Shown piece by piece: positions 29,895-40,624 of a DNA stretch of 64,000 nt. Below the pieces are notes generated by a model, which was given only the letters and a program-made list of their open reading frames with translations, was not told the DNA's origin and searched no databases. Position 1 is the stretch's first letter; each line of letters starts with the position of its first letter. Source of the DNA: a virus (Duplodnaviria; Caudoviricetes); the IMG/VR virus record IMGVR_UViG_3300035501_000350, positions 32,001 through 96,000 of that record; one strand, written 5' to 3'. The position numbers and the translations under genes are program-made.

Positions 29895-31019
29895 TTACTC
29901 TCCTTCCAATAACTTAATTAATTCATCTGAAGTTATAAACTCATAGCCCTCATTCTGATTAATATACATGATGAATTTATCATAGTCACTAATCTCTGGG
30001 TCTATGATATATGAATATTGCTTATTAGCTTCAAGAACTTCTTGATCTATCTGCTGCATCTGTTTCTCTTTAGCATCAATCTCTTGAAGTTTCACATCCT
30101 GGGAAGTTCTAAAATAGTTCCTTACTATATTCATATTCTCTCCAGGATTATTAAACTGAACTCTAATAAAATCAATACCCTGTTGCTGTTTAGTCTGTTT
30201 AATCCAGTCTATGATTGCTTTAGGATCTTCATTCAACAGATGGTCAATATTAATTGTAGCATATATATGAGACTTTATAGGAATCAATTCAGTATAATGC
30301 ATCCTAGTATTAGCATTGTACAGAGTAACAAGAAATCCCTTTTCTTCTTCCTCTCCAAACTTAAACCTAAATGCAGACCCATTATAGTAAGCATATTCAT
30401 CATATACGCTTGGGATATGATAATGCCCCATTATAATTGGCCCAGCGCAATTACAGAAATGCTTAATGCTAAATATTGGAGCATGGGCTGTATTTAGAGT
30501 AGATATTTCTGTTCCATGGAATGAGCCATTGTATGTACCATGTAATAAACACATATCATATCTACCAGATTCATATAAGACTTTAGTATATTCTTCTTCT
30601 GGAATACCATACAGTTCAGGAATACAAAGAATCCTTAGTCCTTTAACCATCTCAAACTGGATATTCTCTACGATCCTGAAGTCTAAACCTGGTTGATTCA
30701 TGTAATGGTAGAATAGAGATAATTGTCCTGCATCGTGGCTTTGAGTTCCGGCTATGATAATTAGAGTAGCATTCTTCATTCTGCATAGAGCGCTCAAGTC
30801 ATCAATGAATTGAATCGCATATGTAATAGCTTGATTACCACTAAACATTCTTGAATGAAAAATATCTCCAACTACAGCAACAGCATCAAAGTCTAAAACA
30901 CTAATCCTGGAAATGAATTGAATCTTTAATTGCTCATACATATACTTTGGATCTTCTGGGCAACCAAAGTGTATATCTGCTATAGTTACAAGTTTGAATA
31001 CGTTGTTTGTGTAAGACAT
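29895..31019 (-). CDS. Mre11/SbcD-like metallophosphoesterase nuclease
   Basis: IADIHFG, VGDIFH, GTQSHD, LHG, GHYH. Confidence 0.88.
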   Translation of the reverse strand: MSYTNNVFKLVTIADIHFGCPEDPKYMYEQLKIQFISRISVLDFDAVAVVGDIFHSRMFSGNQAITYAIQFIDDLSALCRMKNATLIIIAGTQSHDAGQLSLFYHYMNQPGLDFRIVENIQFEMVKGLRILCIPELYGIPEEEYTKVLYESGRYDMCLLHGTYNGSFHGTEISTLNTAHAPIFSIKHFCNCAGPIIMGHYHIPSVYDEYAYYNGSAFRFKFGEEEEKGFLVTLYNANTRMHYTELIPIKSHIYATINIDHLLNEDPKAIIDWIKQTKQQQGIDFIRVQFNNPGENMNIVRNYFRTSQDVKLQEIDAKEKQMQQIDQEVLEANKQYSYIIDPEISDYDKFIMYINQNEGYEFITSDELIKLLEGE

Positions 31020-31711
31020 TGGTCCACCGCCTCACTGGAGTCTATCTCTTTAATGTCGTTCTGACGGTAACTCTTGATATATTCATCTGTTATTGCTCTG
31101 CATTGATTATAAACTAAAACCATATCTTGTTCAGCATCAACTTCATAGCCATGTTTAGCCAGTCCAAGCTTCTTATACATGGTATGGCAATATCTATAAC
31201 CTTCATTGATATTAGTATGGTAAACTAAACCCTTACGATCAAGCAGGTTAGTTTCTCTATTATTTTCTTTGATTCTCTTTAACCCTGTTTCTGCACTGAT
31301 ATTTAAGGTTATCTGTATATGAGGCCATATTGCTACTAACCGCTGGATAGCCATTACATCATCAACAGATATATCACCATTACCAAGAACACTTTGATAG
31401 ACAATACTTGAAGTTACATATCTATCACAGATAACTATCTCTCCATTTTCAAGTTTAGGCATGATTATTTGTTTTGTATTTATATTTCTTGAAGCAGAGA
31501 ATAATAGTAATTGAGTTAAAGAATCTAGATCTTCGTTAGTTACTATATCTCTAATCATATTGCCTACTTTGCTGGCTCCTGGCTCTTTGGTATAAGAGCA
31601 CATATAGTCATGAGCTGTATAGTAATCTACTAAGCTCTTAGCTATAGTAGTCTTACCTGAACCTTCACCTCCTTCGAGAACTATAAATATTCCTCCATTG
31701 ATAGTTTTCAT
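30986..31711 (-). CDS. tmk: Thymidylate (dTMP/dUMP) kinase
   Basis: LEGGEGSGKTT, KEPG, ICDRY, SSIVYQ. Confidence 0.92.
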   Translation of the reverse strand: MKTINGGIFIVLEGGEGSGKTTIAKSLVDYYTAHDYMCSYTKEPGASKVGNMIRDIVTNEDLDSLTQLLLFSASRNINTKQIIMPKLENGEIVICDRYVTSSIVYQSVLGNGDISVDDVMAIQRLVAIWPHIQITLNISAETGLKRIKENNRETNLLDRKGLVYHTNINEGYRYCHTMYKKLGLAKHGYEVDAEQDMVLVYNQCRAITDEYIKSYRQNDIKEIDSSEAVDQCLTQTTYSNL

Positions 31712-31723
31712 CTAATACACCTC

Positions 31724-32224
31724 TTATAGTTTCTTATTCTTGTAGTAGTGTATAATTAGTTCTTGTACTCCATGCATCAGACAAGATATGATAAATAGCA
31801 TCTTTTCTTGATCGTATTCATCTTTAAATTCGTATTCTCCATCATAGAATTGAATTCTCTCTACATCTTTTCTATTTTGAGCATTGCGAATGATTTCAAT
31901 ATTAATTTGCTTTCCTTCGCCGGTCTTCATAAGAACGTACGTGATGGAGAATCCATTCTCTCTATAGATCATTGCTGCTGTTCTTCTTGGATCGCATCCC
32001 TTGGGGATAGTTCCAATGAACAGATGGAACTTATCATTGTTGTCATACATGTAGATATCTCTTAAGAGTATCAAGAATTCATGCATTTCAACCATCATAT
32101 CAAACGATGGGCTGGTCTTATCAATGCTCTTCGTAAGCTTGCGCATTTTACGCCATGCTTTAAAATCATGCTTTTTCTTTTTAGCCATTATAGGCTCAAT
32201 ATACATATTAATTTTAGTTTCCAT
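31724..32224 (-). CDS. Hypothetical protein
   Basis: AGGAG RBS; part of an operon-like run. Confidence 0.7.
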   Translation of the reverse strand: METKINMYIEPIMAKKKKHDFKAWRKMRKLTKSIDKTSPSFDMMVEMHEFLILLRDIYMYDNNDKFHLFIGTIPKGCDPRRTAAMIYRENGFSITYVLMKTGEGKQINIEIIRNAQNRKDVERIQFYDGEYEFKDEYDQEKMLFIISCLMHGVQELIIHYYKNKKL

Positions 32225-32235
32225 AAGTAGTACTC

Positions 32236-32697
32236 CTATACTTTCCAACTAAGTACACAATTATCTATGCACCTAGTTATTTCAAAGGCATACATTGTCA
32301 CTATATGGTCTGATAATGGTTTCCATAGCTCATTAATTTTTCTTGGTAATTCTTTATCTTTCATGACTTCATATTCGATATTGTGGTTATTATCAACTAC
32401 AGAGTATCTATTAGACCACATAGAGAATTTTACTTCTATATCTTTAGCATCCATACGAACTTTGAAGGATACAATACCATCTGATATCTTGAATTCATCA
32501 CTGCTATAATACGAAGAGCAAGCATTGAGTAATGAGAATAATCGTTCTCCTAGATAGAATGGATCACACTCGTAAAACTCACGCCTCTTCTTAGTAATCT
32601 TTTTATAAATTCTATGGAATTTAATGAAATTATACTTATGCAATTTATTAAGCTCAGTATAGTATTCAAATAATTCCATAAATGAATCAGTGTTCAT
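32236..32697 (-). CDS. Hypothetical protein
   Basis: GGGAG RBS; part of an operon-like run. Confidence 0.7.
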   Translation of the reverse strand: MNTDSFMELFEYYTELNKLHKYNFIKFHRIYKKITKKRREFYECDPFYLGERLFSLLNACSSYYSSDEFKISDGIVSFKVRMDAKDIEVKFSMWSNRYSVVDNNHNIEYEVMKDKELPRKINELWKPLSDHIVTMYAFEITRCIDNCVLSWKV

Positions 32698-32698
32698 T

Positions 32699-33424
32699 TT
32701 AAGTCTCCCCTAGATGAAGATTGTTATAAGCATTATCTACGATATTAATATTGTAGAATGCATATACTAGAGATAAGAATGCTCTCTCACATGTATTGAT
32801 AAATGCTAAATGCTCTGGATTAGTAAAATCCAATACGAATTCATTATAAGAAACACTGTTCTTATCAAGCTGGAGTATAATACATCCATCAATATTAATA
32901 CCGAGTTCTGTCCTGAGCATATATCTATATGCAGAGAGCTGAAGAAAATGCTTGTAAGTGATATGGTTAGTTGTCTTATAGTCTATGAGATAAATCATTC
33001 CATTTATCTCATATAGACCATCTAATGTACCGCCAAAATATGGGCAAGTAATAGTCTTCTCATGGCAGATAACTCTTACGTTAGCATATTGAGTTATATT
33101 ATCATACCATTTACGAAATGAGTTATAAGCGTTAGCCGATTGATATTCCATATTCTCTGGAGCCGTATATGAATTATCTGTAAGATAACCATCAATGCTC
33201 TCGTGGCATTGAGTTCCAATATTCGCAGCTTCATCAAGAGTTTTAGAATAAGACTTATGCTTAAACCCTAGACTATTAGCCCAATACATTAGCCCATCAT
33301 TATGGATGCACTTAGATAAGATAGATGTAACTCTAGGAACTTGAATACCATTATGGGTATAGGTTTTCTCTATAGGCCCTAGAGAAGGTTTAATCTCATC
33401 TAATAGCCTAACCATCTCAACCAT
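32699..33424 (-). CDS. PD-(D/E)XK exonuclease (Cas4/RecB-like phage family)
   Basis: PRVTSIL, GTQCH, HEK, GGTLDG, IDYKT, QLSAY. Confidence 0.85.
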   Translation of the reverse strand: MVEMVRLLDEIKPSLGPIEKTYTHNGIQVPRVTSILSKCIHNDGLMYWANSLGFKHKSYSKTLDEAANIGTQCHESIDGYLTDNSYTAPENMEYQSANAYNSFRKWYDNITQYANVRVICHEKTITCPYFGGTLDGLYEINGMIYLIDYKTTNHITYKHFLQLSAYRYMLRTELGINIDGCIILQLDKNSVSYNEFVLDFTNPEHLAFINTCERAFLSLVYAFYNINIVDNAYNNLHLGET

Positions 33425-34367
33425 TGAGCTTATCCTCTACGATATCTCCAGTCTCTTGCTCATACTGCTTTACAGCACTATTAACAATCTCATCCATAGA
33501 CACATATGGCACAAACCAGATGTAATCAAATACTGCACTAATACGATCAACGTAATCCTGAGGGAAACTATTGAGCAAATTAAGTCTATGGCAAAACTTA
33601 TGTAAGAATGCTTTAAATGTATCATAATACGTTGGTACATTTAAAACCTCAATGAGTTTATTAGTCTTAATCTTTACAGTATCAAAAGGAATTACTCCTG
33701 CAGTAACAGCAGGGGTTAGCATTCCGTTAATAACTGTGATCAATTCCATAACATGTCTAGCCTCAAAGAACAGAAGCGTATCTTCATTAAGATCATCCAT
33801 AACAGCTTTAGGTTTAAGAATTTCTCTAATCTCATCAGAAGTCTTAGTCATGAGATACAAACCCAGTACAAACTTAGGATCTGTAGTTTCAATATTTAAT
33901 TTAGCCACAGGGCTAGTACTCTTAAATGAATTAAAGAGATTCTTATAATACTCAGGAATATCCTTGTCGAGATCTGTTGCACCGATAGTTTTGTTAGTTG
34001 TATCCATTGTTGTACCTCCATTAATAATAGATTTTATTTCTTCAAATTGAACTTTCTTAGAAGACTGAGTGTCTTCTGCTATCCAGACAATCTTGGCCGG
34101 ATATCTTATATTGAAGATGTATTTATACACGAATGAGCCATATTCGTAATGGGTAGTAATGTCTTGTGAAGATTCATGATCCGATAGGTATTTATCAAGC
34201 AAAATTAAATCATATGTATTTATTGTATTGATAGTTTCTCTGATGGCATTCAGCACTCCCTCTAGGCTACGTCTGCCATCTATTACAGTTCCTGGAATTA
34301 ACGAATTAATATAAGCTGCATAAGTATTGCATTTCTTCATTGATCCCTCGGCAATTAAAATCTTCAC
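33417..34367 (-). CDS. Protein with N-terminal receiver(REC)-like domain; internal start at 34007
   Basis: MKILIAE...YDLILLD; internal GGAGG-N7-ATG in frame at residue 121. Confidence 0.55.
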   Translation of the reverse strand: MKILIAEGSMKKCNTYAAYINSLIPGTVIDGRRSLEGVLNAIRETINTINTYDLILLDKYLSDHESSQDITTHYEYGSFVYKYIFNIRYPAKIVWIAEDTQSSKKVQFEEIKSIINGGTTMDTTNKTIGATDLDKDIPEYYKNLFNSFKSTSPVAKLNIETTDPKFVLGLYLMTKTSDEIREILKPKAVMDDLNEDTLLFFEARHVMELITVINGMLTPAVTAGVIPFDTVKIKTNKLIEVLNVPTYYDTFKAFLHKFCHRLNLLNSFPQDYVDRISAVFDYIWFVPYVSMDEIVNSAVKQYEQETGDIVEDKLNG

Positions 34368-34499
34368 ATGTATTTCCCTCCATTACATATTGTTATACTC
34401 CTCCGTGCTGTACCTAGATGTCTCGGCTATTTTAAAGTCGTATAAATTGCTATCCCCGAAACATTATGATAATAAATCCAATAGGAGGTGTTCTTAATC

Positions 34500-35447
34500 A
34501 TGCCTAAAACATATGCTGATACTTACCTATATAAGACATACTCTGGGTATGAGAAGAAGATGTTCGAGTTCATCATGAATGCTGAACGAATCGACACATC
34601 GTCTGCTGAATTTGAAGATGTATTGTATGATTTTAAACGTAGAGCTGTAAGCGATAAGCTTGTTAAGATTTTGAGATCTAATAATGTTATTCTTGGTATT
34701 AATAAGGGTAAGCCTTTGCCTAAAGCATTTAAAGCATTTGTAGCTAAAGATGTAAAGACAGATAAATCCGGTAAAAATAGAAAAGTATTTATTGATGTAA
34801 CCGATTGTGTTGTTAAGAGTGGATCTACCTATAAGTGCGATCACTTGGATTGGCTTACGGCTTACTTGATTAATGGTATGACGGCTTACATCTATGCTAT
34901 GCAAGAGCATAGACTTACAGGAAACGCATCTGTTCTCACAGATGGTGGTACTGCATTTACTAAATGCTTTTCCTATGTAATTGATCGTCTATATAAAATC
35001 TCTTCTGTACAATCTCTGAGAAAGAAAGTAGAGTACGTTATAGCAATGTACTACCAAATTAATTTGATGGGAAGAGACAAAGATAAGCAGTATGATTCCA
35101 TTAAAGCTAATGCTATTAAAATCTCAGGAGTAGAGCAAAATGATGCTAGATATCTTGACGTTATGATCGCTGAGCATGACTTTGATAATCTTGATACATT
35201 CGTTAAAGCTCTTGGTAGATTATTTAGCTTAAAAGATATAAAGACCTCTATTGTTGTAAGCATGTGGATGCAGTCATTTGGTACTGGAACAGTATTTGCT
35301 ATGGAGTTCTTACCTGCATTTGCCGCTATGCTTACGAATACATACGTTGGAGGTTATATTGACCAGCAGATGACTATCGAAAAGGTCGCAGGAACATCTA
35401 TGGTTACATTCAGCAAAACTATTCTTCAGATTGGAGCGTCTGTATGA
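34500..35447 (+). CDS. Hypothetical protein, probably virion-associated
   Basis: AGGAGG RBS; promoter motif at 34460-34471; overlaps the start of the next gene. Confidence 0.7.
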   Translation: MPKTYADTYLYKTYSGYEKKMFEFIMNAERIDTSSAEFEDVLYDFKRRAVSDKLVKILRSNNVILGINKGKPLPKAFKAFVAKDVKTDKSGKNRKVFIDVTDCVVKSGSTYKCDHLDWLTAYLINGMTAYIYAMQEHRLTGNASVLTDGGTAFTKCFSYVIDRLYKISSVQSLRKKVEYVIAMYYQINLMGRDKDKQYDSIKANAIKISGVEQNDARYLDVMIAEHDFDNLDTFVKALGRLFSLKDIKTSIVVSMWMQSFGTGTVFAMEFLPAFAAMLTNTYVGGYIDQQMTIEKVAGTSMVTFSKTILQIGASV

Positions 35448-38400
35448 TTACTTTAGAGCAAAAGCAAAAAGTTTTAACCGCTCTAAAGTCACATACTGTT
35501 ACCTCTGTAAGGGCTAATCAAAAATATAAGATCCCTGTAATAATTGATGGAGAAGAAAGACTCCTTACAGGTATTGATATTGTTGATGAGGCTGATGGAT
35601 ATTACGCTATTATTCCTAAAGATGGTATTATCCCTAGAGCAATAGAGCATGAGCATTCATATACTACGCTTAAAGAGCTTGAGGAGAATAATATAATCTG
35701 GGGAGGAATTATTCTAAATAACTCTAAAGATCAAAATGTATATGATCATAAGTCTGCCGATGGGGTAGAGGTATCTCAAAGAGAAAGTATTGTCACATTT
35801 GGAAATAAGAAAGTTAGATTCTTTAATCAGAAGTTTTTCCATTATGATGATACTTGGTACGAGTATAAATACTCTGCCGATGAACCTCAATATACATACG
35901 GAATTATTAGAGTAGAGAATATGCCTTTCAATCCATTTGAAGGCAAGCGCAATATGAAGTCTTTTATCTGTAGTTTAAACAATCTATTCTATCAAAGATA
36001 TTGTGAGCCATTCATGTTGTTTATAAACAAGAAGTTTGTAAGCTGGAATGACATTATGGTTGTCTTTGATTGTGGAACCACGTATCTTCTCTTATATGGA
36101 GAGAAGTATAACTATTTTGATCTTAGAGATGCTGAGATACATATGGTTATATTGCCCTTCAAGGTTGATTATATTGGGGAAGAATCTGATGATAGATTCA
36201 ACATGATGTATGAAATCACTAGAGAATACATTCAGGAATCTATGGTTATAAATGATGATGGTTCTTTTACAATAACATCTCCTGGAATAGATGAAATCTA
36301 CAGATACAGAGGAATGGTTTACAACGTAGGAGCATGGTTATATCAGCAGCTTAAGTATAATGCATTAGGAAAACTATCATTACAAAGAAAAGAAAAGCTT
36401 AGAAGATTTGATGTAATAAAGAGAGAGTATGATCTCGCTGGCAATATAATCAATACTGTCTATACTAAGTTTAATGCTCTAGATAAGGATTCTTATGATA
36501 CCGCCCTATACAATCAGGTTACAGAGGGAAGAACTCTATTTGAATTCCAGGATAGAGCAATATTTAAATTTGATAGTGATGGTTTATTAGATTATAGCAG
36601 TGGAGTTAATACTATAGCTCTATTTGACGACATTACATATTTCAGGCGTCATTATTCAAATAACACCACCGCAGTGGTTCAAGATACTCACGTAAGGAAT
36701 ATTCTATTTAGAGAAAACTTTGTAGTTTTTAGAAATGGTTTATTTGATCCTACATGTGAGATGGATATATCTGTACATAATGTATGCACTATAGATAATC
36801 CTAAAAAGGATAATCTTGATATTCTAGTATTCTATCATCTTCCTATAGAGCGTATTGTTACTCTTTTAGATAAGTTTGATTGGGATTACATCTATGAAGT
36901 CTCTAAGAATATAATAGAGAAGAATCTGGATGTAAAGAATGGCGTTAGCGCATATGTATACGATGAGAATGGAGAAGTAGTAAATCAATTCGATCAGATT
37001 GATGCCATCTTCTCTAAATCTAAATTTAAGTTTACTCCTAAGATGACTAGCAATGTGGTATTTTTAAATGCTAATGACTATGAGCGTCAGATCTATTTAC
37101 AGATGATGGCATATTATCTTGATTATCAGTACACAGATGATAGACTGTATGAAGAGAATTATAATGAAGCAATGAACACAGTAATGGCTTTTGATCCATT
37201 GCTGTTTAGTAATCTCTATCATACTAATATTGATTCTAAAACATACTATGGATATGAGGCTAATGAATCTCTTCTTGGCGTAATTGATTATGAGAATCGT
37301 AAAGGATTAAAGATCCCACGGAATAAATACGAAAAGCATGAATCTTATGTATTAGTATTTGAAAATGGAGAGCTAATAGAAGAGTATTCACAGATGTGTG
37401 TATATCCAAACTTCTTCTTTATCCCAATGGATAGAGAGTTCGCATCTCAAAGCCGCATAGAGATTCTCTATTTCAATTATATTGATAATAATGAGATTGG
37501 ATTCTATCTTACAGATTATATGGTAGAACATATGCAGGAGGCTCAATCTGGAGATACTAAATGGTATGGTACTGATATATTCAATCAGTTCATTAATCCT
37601 AAAGATCTAAAGATCTTCTGTAAATACCCTGAAAATATCATAGTATATAACTCTCTGGTAAAAGAGTCTAGTGATATTGCATTTAATGTATCTTATAGAG
37701 ATACAGAGGGTGATCTATACCTCATAGGCGATGTTGTCGATGAATGCTTAAATAATACAGAAGATAAGTGCAAACTCACAGCTGTATCTAAGCGTAAATT
37801 TATCTACCAGAGGTTGTGTGTAGAGAACAAATCATATCGTATAATTCTTGGATCTAGATTTAGATATTGCGATAACCCCAGACAGTATATGCTGTTTATT
37901 AATGGTCGTCGTATTAGTGAGGAGTATTATTATATTACTATACCGAAATACACTAGACCATTCTGGGGTATGTATCTATATACTTCTAGATTTGTTGGCC
38001 CTGAAGATAGAATTGAATTGTTCTATTTACCAGAAGAATTCCCCAATATAAATGATAAGCTTAATCTACAGATCACCAAGTCTGGCTATATACAGACTAG
38101 AAAAGAGAATCTTGAAGTTCCATTAGACGGTAGATATTATATGATCTTCGCTAATGGTAAGAAGATTCCTGCAGATGATATTGTTCCTATAGATAGCCAT
38201 ACTATCCGTCTTTCTAAAGACCAACAGACAATGAAGAATATTGTAGTCAATCGTATCTACACTGACACTATGGATGAGTTCTCTGATTACTTTAAGGATG
38301 AATCTCTTAGTGCTTATGATACTATGACTGATTACATTATAAATTGTCTACAGCTTGGAACTACAGAATTAGATAAGCTCTTCCAGGTTTATGAGAAAAT

Positions 38401-39757
38401 GTCTGATACTGAAGTTGATATGAATAGACGGAATGTAAATAGAATTGCTATTATCAATGAGATAGTAAGAGATTTCTGGGTTACATCCGGATATGATTAT
38501 AATACTCAACCATTTGTGTATGACTTCATATCTGATGATCTAATTATTAAAGATGAGAATGGTAATTTGATTATTCCTGCACTGGATGCAAATCAGTATA
38601 TCAATATCATTAAGAATGATACTCATCTTATCTACTATTATCATAATCCTAATGGGAACTGGTTTGAGAATGGTAGAGTAATAAATGCTCTTACATTCTT
38701 CTGGGAGTATTCTACTAATCTATATGGTAATAAGACTATATATGAACAGATGATGGCGTATTCTTCAGATGACGATCCATCTAATCTTACTAAGATAGAT
38801 CTTGGTACCGATACTAGAGAATGGGCCTATAATACCTCTATCTCTAGTGATATGACTTTCCATTTCATTGGTAAGACTACATCTCAAATTGTAGATAGAG
38901 TAAGCCATATTAAGTTTGCTGACTGTGTTTACGTTGGAACTATAGATGAAGATCTCTTGCAAGATTATAGCAAGGATTGGACAGGTGTATCTGCATTTAT
39001 TCATAATGATTCCGGAGGATTAGATAGAGTCATCAATAAGATAGATGTGATTACTTCTAATGAAGAATTTAAGTTTACTCCTAAGATGACTGAAAGTGTA
39101 GTCTTCTTGAACTATGATGAATTACAAAATATGCTCTATACTTTCAAAGACCTGTGTCAGCCCTCGCCAGAAGTCACTTTAGAAGGCTGTACTATCGGAA
39201 ATAACAATTATTTTGTATATGCGTGTCCTAAGAGTTACGCCTATGATGGAGACGACTGTTTGATAGAATTTATATTCCCAGATTTAAATTCTCCAGATAT
39301 AATGAATCATCTTACAGTTGGTACTACTCCTGTATATACATCTGGTATTTATAGTCTTAGTACTAATAATAGACTAGAATCTTTAGATCGTATGGAAATG
39401 ATCTTGTTAGATGAGATATCTTATACTAATAAATATGGCCATGAAGAAACCTATTGTGTATGGAGAACTAATGGCTTCTTTACTAGATTAGATGATGATT
39501 GTAAGTTTGATATTACTATAAGATTTAAAGATCATACTAAGTCTTATTCGTTTGATTATGACGAAACTATCAGAGCAATTGAGGTGAATGAAAACATGGA
39601 TACTGAAATCATTGATATGGATATTGACGAACTGTTTGGTTCTTCTAGCAGTGATTCTACTGTAACTCCTGTAGACGAGAATGTTACCCCTAAGCCCTCC
39701 AAGGCTAGAAGTAATAATGTGGTTATGATTGATGATATTAAAATATTAAACACGTAA
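35444..39757 (+). CDS. Large virion structural protein (baseplate/tail-associated)
   Basis: 1437 aa; repeated (L/V/I)F(I/R/E/A)NG beta motifs; internal repeat FKFTPKMTxxVVFLN. Confidence 0.65.
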   Translation: MITLEQKQKVLTALKSHTVTSVRANQKYKIPVIIDGEERLLTGIDIVDEADGYYAIIPKDGIIPRAIEHEHSYTTLKELEENNIIWGGIILNNSKDQNVYDHKSADGVEVSQRESIVTFGNKKVRFFNQKFFHYDDTWYEYKYSADEPQYTYGIIRVENMPFNPFEGKRNMKSFICSLNNLFYQRYCEPFMLFINKKFVSWNDIMVVFDCGTTYLLLYGEKYNYFDLRDAEIHMVILPFKVDYIGEESDDRFNMMYEITREYIQESMVINDDGSFTITSPGIDEIYRYRGMVYNVGAWLYQQLKYNALGKLSLQRKEKLRRFDVIKREYDLAGNIINTVYTKFNALDKDSYDTALYNQVTEGRTLFEFQDRAIFKFDSDGLLDYSSGVNTIALFDDITYFRRHYSNNTTAVVQDTHVRNILFRENFVVFRNGLFDPTCEMDISVHNVCTIDNPKKDNLDILVFYHLPIERIVTLLDKFDWDYIYEVSKNIIEKNLDVKNGVSAYVYDENGEVVNQFDQIDAIFSKSKFKFTPKMTSNVVFLNANDYERQIYLQMMAYYLDYQYTDDRLYEENYNEAMNTVMAFDPLLFSNLYHTNIDSKTYYGYEANESLLGVIDYENRKGLKIPRNKYEKHESYVLVFENGELIEEYSQMCVYPNFFFIPMDREFASQSRIEILYFNYIDNNEIGFYLTDYMVEHMQEAQSGDTKWYGTDIFNQFINPKDLKIFCKYPENIIVYNSLVKESSDIAFNVSYRDTEGDLYLIGDVVDECLNNTEDKCKLTAVSKRKFIYQRLCVENKSYRIILGSRFRYCDNPRQYMLFINGRRISEEYYYITIPKYTRPFWGMYLYTSRFVGPEDRIELFYLPEEFPNINDKLNLQITKSGYIQTRKENLEVPLDGRYYMIFANGKKIPADDIVPIDSHTIRLSKDQQTMKNIVVNRIYTDTMDEFSDYFKDESLSAYDTMTDYIINCLQLGTTELDKLFQVYEKMSDTEVDMNRRNVNRIAIINEIVRDFWVTSGYDYNTQPFVYDFISDDLIIKDENGNLIIPALDANQYINIIKNDTHLIYYYHNPNGNWFENGRVINALTFFWEYSTNLYGNKTIYEQMMAYSSDDDPSNLTKIDLGTDTREWAYNTSISSDMTFHFIGKTTSQIVDRVSHIKFADCVYVGTIDEDLLQDYSKDWTGVSAFIHNDSGGLDRVINKIDVITSNEEFKFTPKMTESVVFLNYDELQNMLYTFKDLCQPSPEVTLEGCTIGNNNYFVYACPKSYAYDGDDCLIEFIFPDLNSPDIMNHLTVGTTPVYTSGIYSLSTNNRLESLDRMEMILLDEISYTNKYGHEETYCVWRTNGFFTRLDDDCKFDITIRFKDHTKSYSFDYDETIRAIEVNENMDTEIIDMDIDELFGSSSSDSTVTPVDENVTPKPSKARSNNVVMIDDIKILNT

Positions 39758-39786
39758 CATGAATATAGCAGTTGTGACATATTTAT

Positions 39787-39980
39787 ACTGCTATCCGTAG
39801 TTGGGCCGCGATTAGTTAGGTACCGATAGCCCTCACTCCAAGTGTAAGAATTTACACAAATTCCTACATGTATATGATAGTTATGATTGCACCTTAACTA
39901 TCATGGGCATAAGAGTTGGTCCTCGCAGCCCCAGTATCAATCCGCCGCGTAGCCCTGTTTGGCCGCGCGGCGGGTTTCTT
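39787..39980 (+). ncRNA. Candidate structured ncRNA (about 190 nt)
   Basis: Promoter GACA-TATTTA-TA; several stems; GC-rich terminal hairpin followed by TTTCTT; no ORF in the track. Confidence 0.5.
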
Positions 39981-40013
39981 ATTATTAAAAATTAATATAA
40001 CGTACATATTAAT

Positions 40014-40119
40014 GACAGGTGCGTCCCTGTCTCCTTTCTGACCGGACACTGCGTATAATTTTGTTGCTAAAGCTTTTCACAGACGTTTCCCGTATGGTTA
40101 ATTCCATACGGGGAATGTT
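40014..40119 (+). ncRNA. Array RNA unit 1 (predicted)
   Basis: 5' stem GACAGG/CCTGTC, CTCCTTTCT tract, terminal hairpin. Confidence 0.55.
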
Positions 40120-40154
40120 CTTGTATAAAAATACAATACGATATACATATTAGT

Positions 40155-40268
40155 GGTGGGTTTGGTCGCCCATCTCTTTCCTGGTTTGAGCCTTTGAACT
40201 CCTATACCAGAGGCTCAGCATTTAGGTTTCCTTAGAGAATCCCCGTATGGTTAATTCCATACGGGGAT
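40155..40268 (+). ncRNA. Array RNA unit 2 (predicted)
   Basis: 5' stem GGTGGG/CCCATC, second stem TGAGCCTTTG/CAGAGGCTCA, terminal hairpin. Confidence 0.55.
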
Positions 40269-40307
40269 ACCTAGTGTAAAAATATACAATATGCTATACA
40301 TATTAGT

Positions 40308-40411
40308 GACGGGTCTTCCCGTGTGCCCATCCCTTCCGTACGGGTTTGATGCAGCCCGATTTTCAACTTATTGGCTTGGGGATTCCCCGTATGGTTAATT
40401 CCATACGGGGA
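40308..40411 (+). ncRNA. Array RNA unit 3 (predicted)
   Basis: 5' stem ACGGG/CCCGT, CCCTTCC tract, stem CGGGTT/AGCCCG, terminal hairpin. Confidence 0.55.
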
Positions 40412-40455
40412 TACCTCTATTGTGTAAAAATATACAACACGGTATACATATTAGT

Positions 40456-40590
40456 GATGGGATTGCTCAACTACCCATCTTTATGAATGGCCACTAGTAT
40501 ACTTCGGCGGTGGCACTAGTGGTTGTTTCATAGTATAGTGTCCTTAATGGGATATTCCCCGTATGGTTAATTCCATACGGGGGATGTTCC
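40456..40590 (+). ncRNA. Array RNA unit 4 (predicted)
   Basis: 5' stem GATGGG/CCCATC, stem CCACTAGT/ACTAGTGG, terminal hairpin. Confidence 0.55.
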
Positions 40591-40624
40591 GCGTAAGAAA
40601 ATACAACACATCATACATATTAGT

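Noticed and set aside
40150-40530. Minus-strand micro-ORFs in array units (e.g. MKQPLVPPPKYTSGHS, MLSLWYRSS...)
   Set aside because: They are not conserved between units and the promoter motifs face the plus strand. Kept only as an alternative reading of the anti-SD tracts.
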